64,000 bases of DNA, taken from Perna viridis (taxonomy: Eukaryota). The position numbers and the translations under genes were made by a program. A model generated the notes under the pieces. The model did not search any database, had not been told where the DNA came from, and saw only the letters and a list, made by a program, of their open reading frames with translations. Every line of letters begins with the position of its first letter. Position 1 is the first letter of the stretch. Of this stretch, positions 12,640 to 25,000 are shown piece by piece. The stretch lies in the NCBI GenBank assembly GCA_037379345.1, contig CM074516.1, positions 49,823,626 to 49,887,625 of the forward strand. The letters run 5' to 3'.

Positions 12640-12975
12640 ATTTTTTTATGACTGTAACCTTGGCCTTGAATGAAATTACCCCAAAATCAATAGTGTTCTA
12701 ACTTATCTGGTTTGTAACAATATCCCAAAGTTCCATTTGACTCCGATGCAAACTCCGTTTTGAGTTTTTGTCCAGAAACCTAATTTTTACAGAAAAAATT
12801 GAAGTTCTCACTAGGGATCTCACTATCCTGGTATGTAACAATATTTCAAAGTTTTGTTTGAATCTGATATAAATTTTTTCAGTCATTGTTCTGAAATTGA
12901 TGTTGATGCACTCCTGCCCGTCTGCGTGCCATAATCAATCATAATAGTCGAGTTCAACTTAGTTCGAACTAGGCT
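12640..12975 (-). mobile_element. Fragment of a second HINE-like family
   Basis: Terminal hairpin tagtcgagttc..gaactaggcta next to a short ccgtctgcgtg tract; typical internal ccaaagttccatttgactc motif. Confidence 0.4.
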
Positions 12976-12977
12976 AG

Positions 12978-14178
12978 ACAAGTGGCTCCCAAGAGCCTGA
13001 ATCACTCACCTGCTTTCAAGGGCAATAACTGTAACAAGGAGTTGTCCGACAATTTTGACTCAAAATATGACTTAGGTAGAACTTATGAGGATCATTTCAT
13101 CAATTCAAGGGCAATAACTCTAACAAGGAGTCATCTGAAAACATTGATCCCCACAAACTTTTGTACCCCTTATCATAAGGATCATATCAACAACTGAAAG
13201 TTTCATTCTATCATAGTTTTCAAGTTATAGGCTGAAAACATAAAAACAAGCCACTTTTTTTTCACCTTTCAAGGGCAACAACTCTTACATAGAGTTGTCA
13301 GACAACTCTGATCCCTTGGAATTATTTATGGGCCTTATTATATGGATCATTTCAGCAACTGAAAGAATTTAGCTAAACCTAACAGTTTAGGAGATATGAG
13401 AAAAACTTCTGACTGACCCCTTTGTTCTATTTTTAGTAACAGCAGCCATGTTTTTTGATGGATCAAAAATCCCTGAATCAGTTCTAAGTTTAGTTCCAAT
13501 CAGTCAAGTTGTGTCAGATGAGAGGATTTTTGAAGAAAATTACATTAAACATAGGTCTCATCATGCTGAACACTTTTACCATTGTCAGAACTGGCTAAAC
13601 CCAAAGGTTTTGAAGATATGTGCAAAAAACTAATGTCTGACCCTTATGTTCTACTTTTAGTAATGATGGCAATGATTTTTGATGGATCAAAATTCCCCAT
13701 ATCAGTTATATGCAGGATTTCCAAAGGAACATTCATACCAAGTTTAGTTCCAATAGTCAAGTAGTGTCGAAAGGAGAAAATTTTGTAAAGAAATAACAAT
13801 AAAAATTGCAAAAAAAATTCGAAAAATGGCAATAACTACAACATGCCTTCACAGATTTAAACAAAAATTTCACCACATATAGATCTCATCATGCTGAACA
13901 TTTTTATCCTGTCAGAATTTGGCTTAACCTAACATTTTTAGAGATATATGCAAAAAACTACTGTCTGACCCCTATGTTCTATTTTTAGTAATAGCAGCCA
14001 CGCTTTTTGAAGTATCAAAAATCCTCACATCAGTTCTATCCTGGATATTAAAAAAAACATTCATACCAGTTTGATTCCAATTGTCAGAGGAGAAGAGCTT
14101 TGGAAAATTATTAACGATGGCAGACGCCAAGTGATGGCCATAGCTCACATGGCCTTTGGCCTCTCCTTGTGAGTGAAA
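12978..14178 (-). mobile_element. HINE/pearl-like element, same family as 11825-12610, opposite orientation
   Basis: acaagtggctcccaagagcctgaatcactcacctg end, internal tandem repeats, gacgccaagtgatggccatagctcacatggcctttggcc end. Confidence 0.78.
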
Positions 14179-14235
14179 TTATGAAAATAAAGATTTAGAG
14201 GGATACCTTACAAGGCAAACCATCCAACTTTGAGA

Positions 14236-14257
14236 TATATATATATATATATATATA
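14236..14257. repeat. (TA)n microsatellite
   Basis: About 11 TA units. Confidence 0.85.
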
Positions 14258-14307
14258 TTTGCACATTATCTTATGTCAGACAACCAAAACATTGAAATTT
14301 AAATAAA

Positions 14308-14313
14308 TTTATT
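14308..14313 (-). terminator. Candidate poly(A) signal of the SASH1-like gene
   Basis: TTTATT on + (AATAAA on -) about 1.5 kb past the stop, at the edge of unique sequence before the transposon block; another candidate at 15270-15275. Confidence 0.35.
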
Positions 14314-14928
14314 ATCATTGTTTACGTAACAAAACACAACAGTACAGTGATCTTTGGCTTTCAGCCATTAACAGAAATGTATACACTACTATGGTATTCC
14401 TGACCATGTCATCATTACAACAGAAGCCCAAGTCAACTCAATTTTCTGCTACTATGGTCCTAAAGTCTTAATTGTTGCGCAAGATTCATCATGCATCATA
14501 AAGAAAAATGATATTACAGTATAAAACAACAACTCTCCTTCTGCATTTGTTAAAAATTCATTACCAAATCAATTTAAATCTTAGTACAAAAGAATTACAT
14601 TAGAATCGCCTTATAAAATGAAGATTGAAGTAACACCAAAAAACAACAGATAACACAATAGCTGTGCTTAGAAGTGGATCTATGATACAAACTGTTCTCT
14701 GGCTATTTGTATGTCCCATTTCTTGTGTGACATCTTTCCGTAAGTAAAATTAAACAACTAAAATTGATTCATATAAAACTTCTTTTAAAAATCTTTTTTT
14801 TTTTCAATTTCATAAAAATAAACTTTAAAAAGTAAGTTTACTTATCTGTAAAAACTTAAAAATTGTACTACTTGTGTTATTTGATAACAAACCAGAAAAT
14901 GTACTTCTTTAATTTCATATACAATATA

Positions 14929-15397
14929 CAGTCAAACCTACGTAGCTCAAACTCTATGAAACCTAGGGTAGCTCAAACTATATGGCACGATTTCTGAAGA
15001 AAATAAATTGGTCCAGTCCAAGTTTGACACGATCATGATGATCACTGATCTCAATGGTCAATTTGTTAGTTCTTTCTTATCATGTTGATTTTGATTTCAA
15101 TTCAAATGCCATCATATTAATATAGTTATGACATAAACAACACCGCAATGACACTTTGATAGGATTTTAGTCATCCTTTCCATTCTGACATTATGACTGA
15201 GGATTTTAGTCATCCTTTCCATTCTGACATTATGACTGGTGAGTTAGAGAAGCTTTTTATCTAAGCAGATTTATTACTACAGGTAACAACACTTCAGTTC
15301 ATATGTTCTACAATGTACACAAAACCAAATGTTATTCTATCCGTTTACTATGGCATGTGTTCAAACCATGAGAATTTGAGTGAGTGAAGTTTGACTG
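14929..15397. mobile_element. Degraded MITE with CAGTCAAAC termini in the SASH1-like 3' UTR
   Basis: ta|cagtcaaacct..gctcaaactc and tttgagt..agtttgactg inverted ends; contains a 39-bp tandem duplication at 15161-15238. Confidence 0.55.
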
Positions 15398-15795
15398 AAT
15401 GTGTATTCGAATTACTTTGCCAAAGGTATGGTATATATGTCTATATTAAGCACTGAACTCCTACAAGAATACATGTACATCTACTATCAGCTATCTGATA
15501 TGAATACCAGTATGTAAGTATTGTAACTCTCTGTAGTAAGTTAATCATTACATTACAAAATGTGTAAAACAGTATACAGAATAAATTAAAAACAACATAA
15601 TAAAATAAAAATACTTAAATAAACATTGCACTTTCTGTCACCAAAATAATATTTAAAAAATCCTCTAAACAATTCATATAACAACCATTACTTTGTAGAT
15701 ATTATCTTCTCACATTATCAAAGTTGCTGATGGTGATAATGGTGTAGTATCAAACTCCAAATATATTTCCAAATTAAACAATAACTCTATTTCAA

Positions 15796-16092
15796 TCAGA
15801 CATGATCTTCCACAGAGTCTGAATTCACAGTAGGATCTCGAGAAGCTGATATTTTTCTCTGGACCCAGTCTAATGCATGTGAAATTCTCCTAACATGACG
15901 TGAACTAGCACTAGTCTTTTCCTTTAATGTTTGGTCTGACATTGTCAATAACTGTTCAAGGGAGGTAAGTCCATTCTGTTTTATTGTTTCTGTGTACATG
16001 GGTAATCCTATTGAGATGAAGAAACCATCAATAGAAGAAATATCTAAATCACAAGCCTTGGAACAGGTGACAGTTATATCTACAGCAGGAAT
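15796..16092 (-). CDS. SASH1: SASH1-like terminal coding exon, second SAM domain
   Basis: tttttcag|ATT CCT..TGA; [51 protein letters not shown]. Confidence 0.92.
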   Translation of the reverse strand: MPAVDITVTCSKACDLDISSIDGFFISIGLPMYTETIKQNGLTSLEQLLTMSDQTLKEKTSASSRHVRRISHALDWVQRKISASRDPTVNSDSVEDHV

Positions 16093-19000
16093 CTGAAAAA
16101 AAAACACACAAAACACTATCAAATATTTCATTAACCAGATGAACTAAAGAAAACTATTTATATTTACATTTTTTGTCCCCCAATGACTGAAGAATTAGGG
16201 CCACTACCCCCAAAATTTCTTCCCAACTTTCTTGTTAAAATAAGGACCTTTGTTCTGAATTTCACTCGGATCCATCAACTAATATAAGGTTCCAGTCTAT
16301 ACTATGACATAGTCCTTGTTTCATAGAGCAAACCTGCTCTTGTCATCATTACAAATCTTAGTGACTTGTATTTTGTATGTTGCAATAAGTTATAATGTAT
16401 TTTGTATAAATCATGATTGTTTGTACTGTCAACCATGTCTCATATGGGGCCCTTTTTGGAAATAAAATCATCTTCTTCTATACAAGTAATTGCGTGAAAA
16501 ACAGGTGTCTAAGAACTTCCACTGCCATTTCATTTTAGGACCATAAAACTTTCACACACTTTTCAGTAAGGAATTTGGGTACTGGAAATTAATGGAAGAT
16601 TGGGGGTAACTTACCACAGGTTTTCTGGAGGTCTTGAGTTGATGAATTCTGATTTGATCAAGTACTATGGCTACACTACTGATGTCTTGTTTAAGTTCAT
16701 CAGAGTATCTCTGTATAAACAATGGAGGTATACCACATGCACCACACTAGAAAACAAATTAAGAAATAACTTAGTAAATGAATTATCTTGTTTTAACATC
16801 CAATATCAGACTATATAAAATAGGCTAGCTAATTTAAACATGAACTACACACTGTATATTTTTTTATTAAATCTTGTATTTTTTTTAAATCAGGAGTTAT
16901 GGTTCTTTACTGGTTTGTATTACTGTTGATATACTACATGATTTACAAATAAATGAAAAAATTAGTCCTATTCTTACTGCTAACAAAATGATTCTCAGGA
17001 TAAAACCCAGACTCTCTATAAGACACAGAAAAGCTATCAGAAAGATACATACATGCAATCAATCAACTTTTTCATATATTCTTTAAATGAAAGAGAGGGA
17101 CTTGAAACAAGTCTAGAAAAAACCTTATTGCTGCTCAATTGGACCTCAAGATTTGTTTTTTCTTTTATTTAACTTCTAAGGATTATAACCAAGCTGTGTA
17201 CTACACAAACCTGTTAAGAGTATGGTTCCAGAGATAACTCTCTAGATGTGTACTATACAAACCTGTGTAGAGTAAGGTTCCAGAGATAACTCTCTAGATG
17301 TGTACTATACAAACCTGGGTAGAGTAAGGTTCCAGAGATAACTCTATAGCTGTGTACTATACAAACCTGTGTACAGTATGGTTCCAGGGATAACTCTCTA
17401 GATGTGTACTATACAAACCTGGGTAGAGTAAGGTTCCAGAGATAACTCTATAGCTGTGTACTATACAAACCTGTGTACAGTATGGTTCCAGAGATAACTC
17501 TCTAGATGTGTACTATACAAACCTGTGTAGAGTAAGGTTCCAGAGATAACTCTATAGCTGTGTACTATACAAACCTGTGTACAGTATGGTTCCAGAGATA
17601 ACTCTCTAGATGTGTACTATACAAATCTGGGTAGAGTAAGGTTCCAGAGATAACTCTATAGCTGTGTACTATACAAACCTGTGTACAGTATGGTTCCAGA
17701 GATAACTCTCTAGATGTGTACTATACAAACCTGGGTAGAGTAAGGTTCCAGAGATAACTCTATAGCTGTGTATTATAAAAACCTGTGTACAGTATGGTTC
17801 CAGAGATAACTCTCTAGATGTGTACTATACAAACCTGTGTAGAGTAAGGTTCCAGGGATAACTCTCTAGCTGTGTACTATACAAACCTGTGTAGAGTAAG
17901 GTTCCTGAGATAAATCTATAGCTTCTGAGGCAAGTTTTGATGCTACTATATTGACTAATGACTTTTTGACTTGTCTATATCCTGCTACAGGACTGGCTGA
18001 GACAGATCCATTCATAGTACGAGGCTTAGGTGAGTCGTAACATGGCACATGATGAGAAGGCGTCTGTGGATTATTATTTTCTGACAAGATTTTTCGATGC
18101 CCATCACTTTGGGTAGACATGCATAAACTAGCACTATCTGATGATACCCTGCAATGGGCATCACTTGGAAGAAATTTTTGGTCGTTATTCGAACTATTTA
18201 CAGGCATATGAATATGTGCACTACTTATAGGTGACATGACCTGAACTGTTGCATCTCTAACAACAGAACCCATCCTGGGAACATTTTTGCGCACAAATGT
18301 CTTGGAAGTTTTACTGTCAATCACAGATTGCTGAGGAATTTTCGAGGCATGGATATGGGTTGAAGGATTTGCTCCGCTAGAGGAGCCACTTGGTGAGGTC
18401 TGAGTTTCTGCATAGGAACAAGTTACAATGTCAATACCTTGATGACTAGAATCACCATGGTTACAATCATCTGCTATACTTCGTTTAATCAGTTCAAATA
18501 CTTCTCTGTCCTCCTCAGAATAATTACTTTCAACTTTATTGGAAGACTCATTTGTCGAAACATGAAAGTTTTCAGGAAGAACATTCTCCTTGTTATTAGA
18601 GAGAAGAGGAAGAGTCTTAGATTGATGATTTCTGTTATGTATATGTTCCCAGCTTGCATAGCAACCAGAATCACGACTAGATGGATATGAACGTTGCTCT
18701 ACAGCAGGTGAAGCACATGGAGGGGTGTACATCAAGTATCTGTTTATATTTGGTATATGGTCCACTGAAACAGAGAACATCAACTAATTATCTCATTGAA
18801 ATCCTCTTAACTGATGCTCTATCAATATTTTAAAATTCAATCCATTTCAATGAGGTTTAAATGAAAACATATACTTAATATCTATCTATAATTTTAAAAG
18901 AGTATTTATTACTTTGCCTATATCTTTTGTCCTAAATCACCTAATTTCTCACCAACTATATCAGAAAGGAAATCTGCTGCAGTAAGAAGCTTGGTTCTTT

Positions 19001-22000
19001 CTTGTTGATCAGTTATATGTAAAGCATTTAAATCATCCTCGTCTAATTCAACAAAACTCTCTAAGTGATCAAACCCATTCTGTACAAAAACTTCTTCCAG
19101 GTGCTGTAATAAGAGATTGATGAAGTATAAGGAAAAACAACTCAGGACCTGACATTCTAGGGGAATAAGTAGATTCTAAGTTATTCCCCTTTGTTCATAA
19201 CACCAAAGTAATACAATAAGTGTGTATAATGTTTTTATTATTACAATTACTGAGAAAAATCCCACATTTAAAATTCAATAATGCTAATTTAATTATTGCA
19301 ATTTTAAGTTTGTCACATTTTTTGCAATATTTTTTTTAAATATCAAATTAGTGATAAATTCATTATCCTTATCCTTCCATTTTCCTGAAGAAAAAAGTTA
19401 TCTAATATTTATAACATCAAAAAACACTACAAATTTGACTAAGCGAGCCTTTGTACCTGAAGTCCAAGTTTTTGTAGAAGTTCAGTAACGTTTTTTGGTT
19501 TAAATTTCTTATTGTTCTTTGGTGCTATGGCCTTCATCTGTGTCAGTCCAGAATGGTGCTCCAGAGGCTCTACATGGGAGGCTTTAAACCAACCATTTCT
19601 ACCGTTTACACTTCCCCAACATAAACCACTGGTTGTCTTGTTCATTACAAATATCACATCCCCTCTCTACAACAGAATAAGATAGATACAACAGCTACCT
19701 TCCACAATAAGATCACATCCCCTCTCTAAAACAGAATAAGACAGATATCTACTTTCAACAATAAGATCACATCCCCTCTCTAAAACAGAATAAGACAGAC
19801 ATCTACCTTTAACAATAAGACCACATCCCCTCTCTACAACAGAATAAGACAGACATCTACCTTCCACAATAAGATCACATCCCCTCTCTAAAACAGAGTA
19901 GGACAGATATCTACCTTTAACAATAAGATCACATCCCCTCTCTACATCAGAATAAGACAGATATAACGGCTACCTTCCACAATAAGATCACATACCCTCT
20001 CTAAAACAGAGTAGGACAGATATCTACCTTCAACAATAAGATCACATCCCCTCTCTAAAACAGAATAAGACAGATATAACAGCTACCTTCCACAATAAGA
20101 TCACATACCCTCTCTAAAACAGAGTAGGACAGATATCTACCTTCCACAATAAGATCACATCCCCTCTCTACAACAGAATAAGACAGATATAACAGCTACC
20201 TTCCACAATAAGAACACATCCCCTCTCTACAACAGAATAAGACAGATATCTACCTTCAACAATAAGATCACATCCCCTCTCTAAAACAGAATAAGACAGA
20301 TATAACGGCTACCTTTAACAATAAGATCACATACCCTCTCTAAAACAGAATAAGACAGATATCTACCTTCAACAATAAGAACACATCCCCTCTCTACATC
20401 AGAATAAGACAGATATCTACCTTTAACAATAAGATCACATCCCCTCTCTAAAACAGAATAAGACAGATATAACGGCTACCTTCCACAATAAGATCACATC
20501 CCCTCTCTACAACAGAATAAGACAGATATAACAGCTACCTTCCACAATAAGATCCCATACCCTCTCTAAAACAGAGTAGGACAGATATCTACCTTCAACA
20601 ATAAGATGACATACCTATTCTTCAAAAATAGCTTCCTTACTTAAACTTTTAAGAGTAAGGCCAAATTAAACCAAGGCCATAATGAAATCAATGTGCTGTT
20701 AGCACTGGAATTTTTTTTTATTCTTGTGAAAGTTGTAGCATGAACAGTTTCAAAGATTACCTCCTGTATAAACACTAGTTGAAATATTTCTAGTGACTTC
20801 TGAAGTATAAACTGTCAATGATATTCAATACGGTTTACAATATTATTTACAAATTTGGTTAAATTTCACCTTTTTCCTAAATTTTTGAACCTGTCAAAAT
20901 GTTAATTTGCATTTACATTCAATAATATTTTACCAGAGTATTTATCCTACATGAATCAAAATAAAACCAATTTCAGCTGAAGAAAAAAATGTGCATGATG
21001 AACATATGATTTTCCAAAACTCAACAATTTTTTCCCCACAAATTCACTGCTTTTCACTTCCTGTTTATTAATCATAAAATATTACTGATAGGATGGAGAA
21101 TTTGACTGATAAGTATGTGAAATAAATGTTTCATGACACATTATTGCAAGAACTAAATTTCCTAAATGCAATTTAACTAAACAGGAGTCCCTCAATCTTC
21201 AGTTCATAAGATTTAAAAACTAGATCTTAATCAATCTGCAGAAATAATAGAATATTTTTGAGCTTGACTATATTTTTGTGTAGTGTTCAAAATTACCACT
21301 TGTATTTCCTTGAAAAATGGTTCCAAATTAAAAAAACAAAACTGGTGCAGGTGTAACATTAGAGACACATATAACTGGTACAGGTGTAGCATTAGAGACA
21401 CATGAAACTGGTACAGGTGTAGCATTAGAGACACATATAACTGGTACAGGTGTAGCATTAGAGACAATATAACTGGTACAGGTGTTGCATTAGACACACA
21501 TAACTGGTACAGGTGTTGCATTAGACACACATAAATCTGGTACAGGTGTAACATTAGAGACACATATAACTGGTACAGGTGTTGCATTAGAGACACATGA
21601 AACTGGTACAGGTGTTGCATTAGAGACACATATAACAGGTACAGGTGTAGCATTAGAGACACATATAACTGGTACAGGTGTAGCATTAGACACACATATA
21701 ACTGGTACAGGTGTAGCATTAGAGACACATATAACTGGTACAGGTGTAGCATTAGAGACACATATAACTGGTACAGGTGTAGCATTAGACACACATAACT
21801 GGTACAGGTGTTGCACTAAACACACATATAACTGGTACAGGTGTAGCATTAGACACACATATAACTGGTACAGGTGTAGCATTAGAGACACATATAACAG
21901 GTACAGGTGTTGCATTAGAGACACATATAACAGGTACAGGTGTTGTATTAGAGACACATATAACTGGTACAGGTGTAGCATTAGAGACACATATAACTGG

Positions 22001-25000
22001 TACAGGTGTAGCATTAGACACACATAACTGGTACAGGTGTTGCACTAGACACACATATTACTGGTACAGGTGTAGCATTAGACACACATATAACTGGTAC
22101 AGGTGTAGCATTAGAGACACATATAACTGGTACAGGTGTTGCATTAGACACACATATAACTGGTACAGGTGTTGCATTAGACACAATATAACTGGTACAG
22201 GTGTTGCATTAGAGACACAATATAACTGGTACAGGTGTAACATAAGAGACACACATAACTGGTACAGGTGTAGCATTAGAGACACATATAACTGGTACAG
22301 GTGTAGCATTAGACACACATATAACTGGTACAGGTGTAGCATTAGAGACACATATAACTGGTACAGGTGTAGCATTAGAGACACATATAACTGGTACAGG
22401 TGTTGCACTAGACACACATATAACTGGTACAGGTGTTGCATTAGACACACATATAACTGGTACAGGTGTTGCATTAGACACACATATAACTGGTACAGGT
22501 GTAACATTAGAGACACTTTAATAAAGCTGAGTGACCATTATTGTAGGGAAATAAAAAATAAAATTCACCCTCCAGCCAATTTTTTTTTCAGAAATATTGA
22601 ATGAGAACCTCGGAATTTTTTTTTTATCATGGCCTTAAGTATTTTATCCCTTACATTTATCTATTACAAGGTTATAAAAGTACATGTTATAATACATGTT
22701 GTGAGTTTGATCATTTGTGATTCTAAAATAAAATGAGGGGTACACAGACAAATAAGCCTAATAAACATGTGGGTGATTACTGAGAACATTATCCTATAAT
22801 TCGGTTACCACTTTCTCTTCCTTTTTGAAGCTGATTTAAGTTTTAAGTAACAAGATAGATTCATATCTAAATAATAATCCAAGTACTTAACACTTTCACA
22901 AGATGGATATCTCTGCAGAGATAGCTAACACCTGGTTATAATTGTGGCAGTTGTGAAGCTTCTAATCCAATTTCCCTTCCTTCATATCTTGTAACTTACA
23001 AATAATTATTTAATTTATAATGCAATTAATACATTATGTATACATATATGTCTAACAAGATCTTTATCTAAAGAACATAATTTACTTCTATACTGAAATA
23101 ATATTATTATACCTTTATCTTGAGGCTGTCTATTGCAATAGTATATTACACCTCTAACTTGAGGATGTCTTTCTAAATAATATAAATATAACATATCTCT
23201 AAGTTGGGGATGGCTCTCTATTAGTTGAGATTGTCTATGTTATAATATACCTGAAGTTTTAAGAAGTCTGTATCAGTTTTGGTAGGTATGAAGTCGGTGT
23301 GAACTTTGACAGCCATAGGACAGGAAGCAACTGAGTTGTCATCCATTGACACAGAACTTTTACCACTCATTGGGCTCACACTTTGTAGACTCCCTATGAA
23401 GGAAAATAAAATCTCAATTGATGGATTATAATGCCCATTGTGTCACTACATCATTATAAATAGAGAATATTATAGAAAGACAAAGTGTCACACTCCTGCT
23501 TCAAACAAGACAACCCTCAAGAAAAAATTACCTTCTTTTTTAAGCATCTGACTTATTGATATCTATCTTAAACAAAAACAGGAGAAGTAAATATCCAAAC
23601 ATAAAAGAGCAGGCATCCCTGTATAAAGTTGTCAAAATCTATTGACTGAGGGAGTTTGGTATACAAGGTACATTAATAAAAACATGTGAAAATATCAATT
23701 CCTACTCAGTCTCAAAAAACTTAAAGGGGATAAGAAGGGAGGAACAAATTTCAGATGAAGAGAGGGACAAATTCCAGATGACTAAGAGCTTATATCATAA
23801 CATTAAAGCACGGCTTACTTGTGTCGAAAAGAAGGGCCTTCCGCTTAAAACTTCTTAAAATGCTCAAATTTTATAGGATAAGAAAGGAAACCACAGTCAA
23901 GTTCTCTAACATTTATCCTACATACTACTGCAGAGTGCAGACCAAAGAATGTCTGATTGATCCATATCCCAAAGAATATCTGATTGATCAATATCCAAAA
24001 AAATGTCTGATTGATCCATATCCCAAAGAATATCTGATTGATCAATATCCCAAAAAATGTCTGATTGATCCATATCCCAAAGAATGTCAGATTGATTGAT
24101 ATCCCAAAGAATGTCTGATAGATCCATATCCCAAAAAATGTCTGTTTGATTCCATATCCCAAAGAATATCTGACTGATTGATATCCCAAAGAATATCTGA
24201 TTGATCTATATCCAAAAGAATGTCTGATTGATTGATGTCCCAAAGAATGTCAGATTGATTTCTATCCCAAATAATGTCTGATTGTTCCATATCCCAAAGA
24301 ATGTCTGATTGATATCCCAATCAATATTAACTGCAGTGGCAAGTTAATAACAAATAATCTAATTATATTTTCCATATTGACTTCATTCATTATCTCCTGC
24401 TTGCTGCGGCTGATGCCCATAAATGTCAGTTTTCGACCAGTTAATGTTGGAGTATAAAAATCTGTCATCAATAATAGAATTACAAGGTGGAAATTACATT
24501 ATTGACCAGTCTACAGAGTTCATGCCCTTGACTTCAAATATGCTGTTTCGTTTCATGGTCTTCAATACAATCAAACATCCAGTTTTTCTCAAAGGTTTCT
24601 TAATCATATAAATTGTTTAAATGGTTGTTAAGCTGATAGATTTCTCCAGGTAATGTTTTCTTAAATGTCTTCATGAGTTTAATTATAAATCTGCTAAACT
24701 ATACTTAAAAATATTTGACGTTTCATTTCCACACCATGAAAGTCAACAACAGAATCTATTAAGATGTGAAACCTATAATTTATTAACTCTGTCATAAACT
24801 GACCATATCACAACAATCTAATCAACACTTTTACCCCAGATATTTGATATTACATTTATGTACATGAGACAATACAATAGATCCACGCCAAAATAACATG
24901 TAACTTGGATCACGCTATTTGACTATGTATCATTTTAGTTCTGATGTAGTAAAAATTTCTTTGTGGTATAATAATAGGTTTTCTTATTCTAATAACACCC

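Noticed and set aside
18439-18690. Antisense and alternative-frame ORFs over the large SASH1 exon
   Set aside because: Shadow ORFs of a real coding exon.
21231-22516. Long repetitive ORFs ([11 protein letters not shown] / [11 protein letters not shown] repeats)
   Set aside because: They arise from a 33-bp intronic minisatellite whose unit is a multiple of 3; 1-2-nt indels shift frames and there are no splice signals or homology.
23819-23870. Good donor (ACAA|gtaagc) on the - strand with a short open frame
   Set aside because: No phase-compatible acceptor or ATG upstream.
24380-24420. MGISRSKQE myristoylation-like start within ORF 24262..24471 (-)
   Set aside because: No donor in phase 1 to join the 23393 exon; the available GTs are weak and out of phase.
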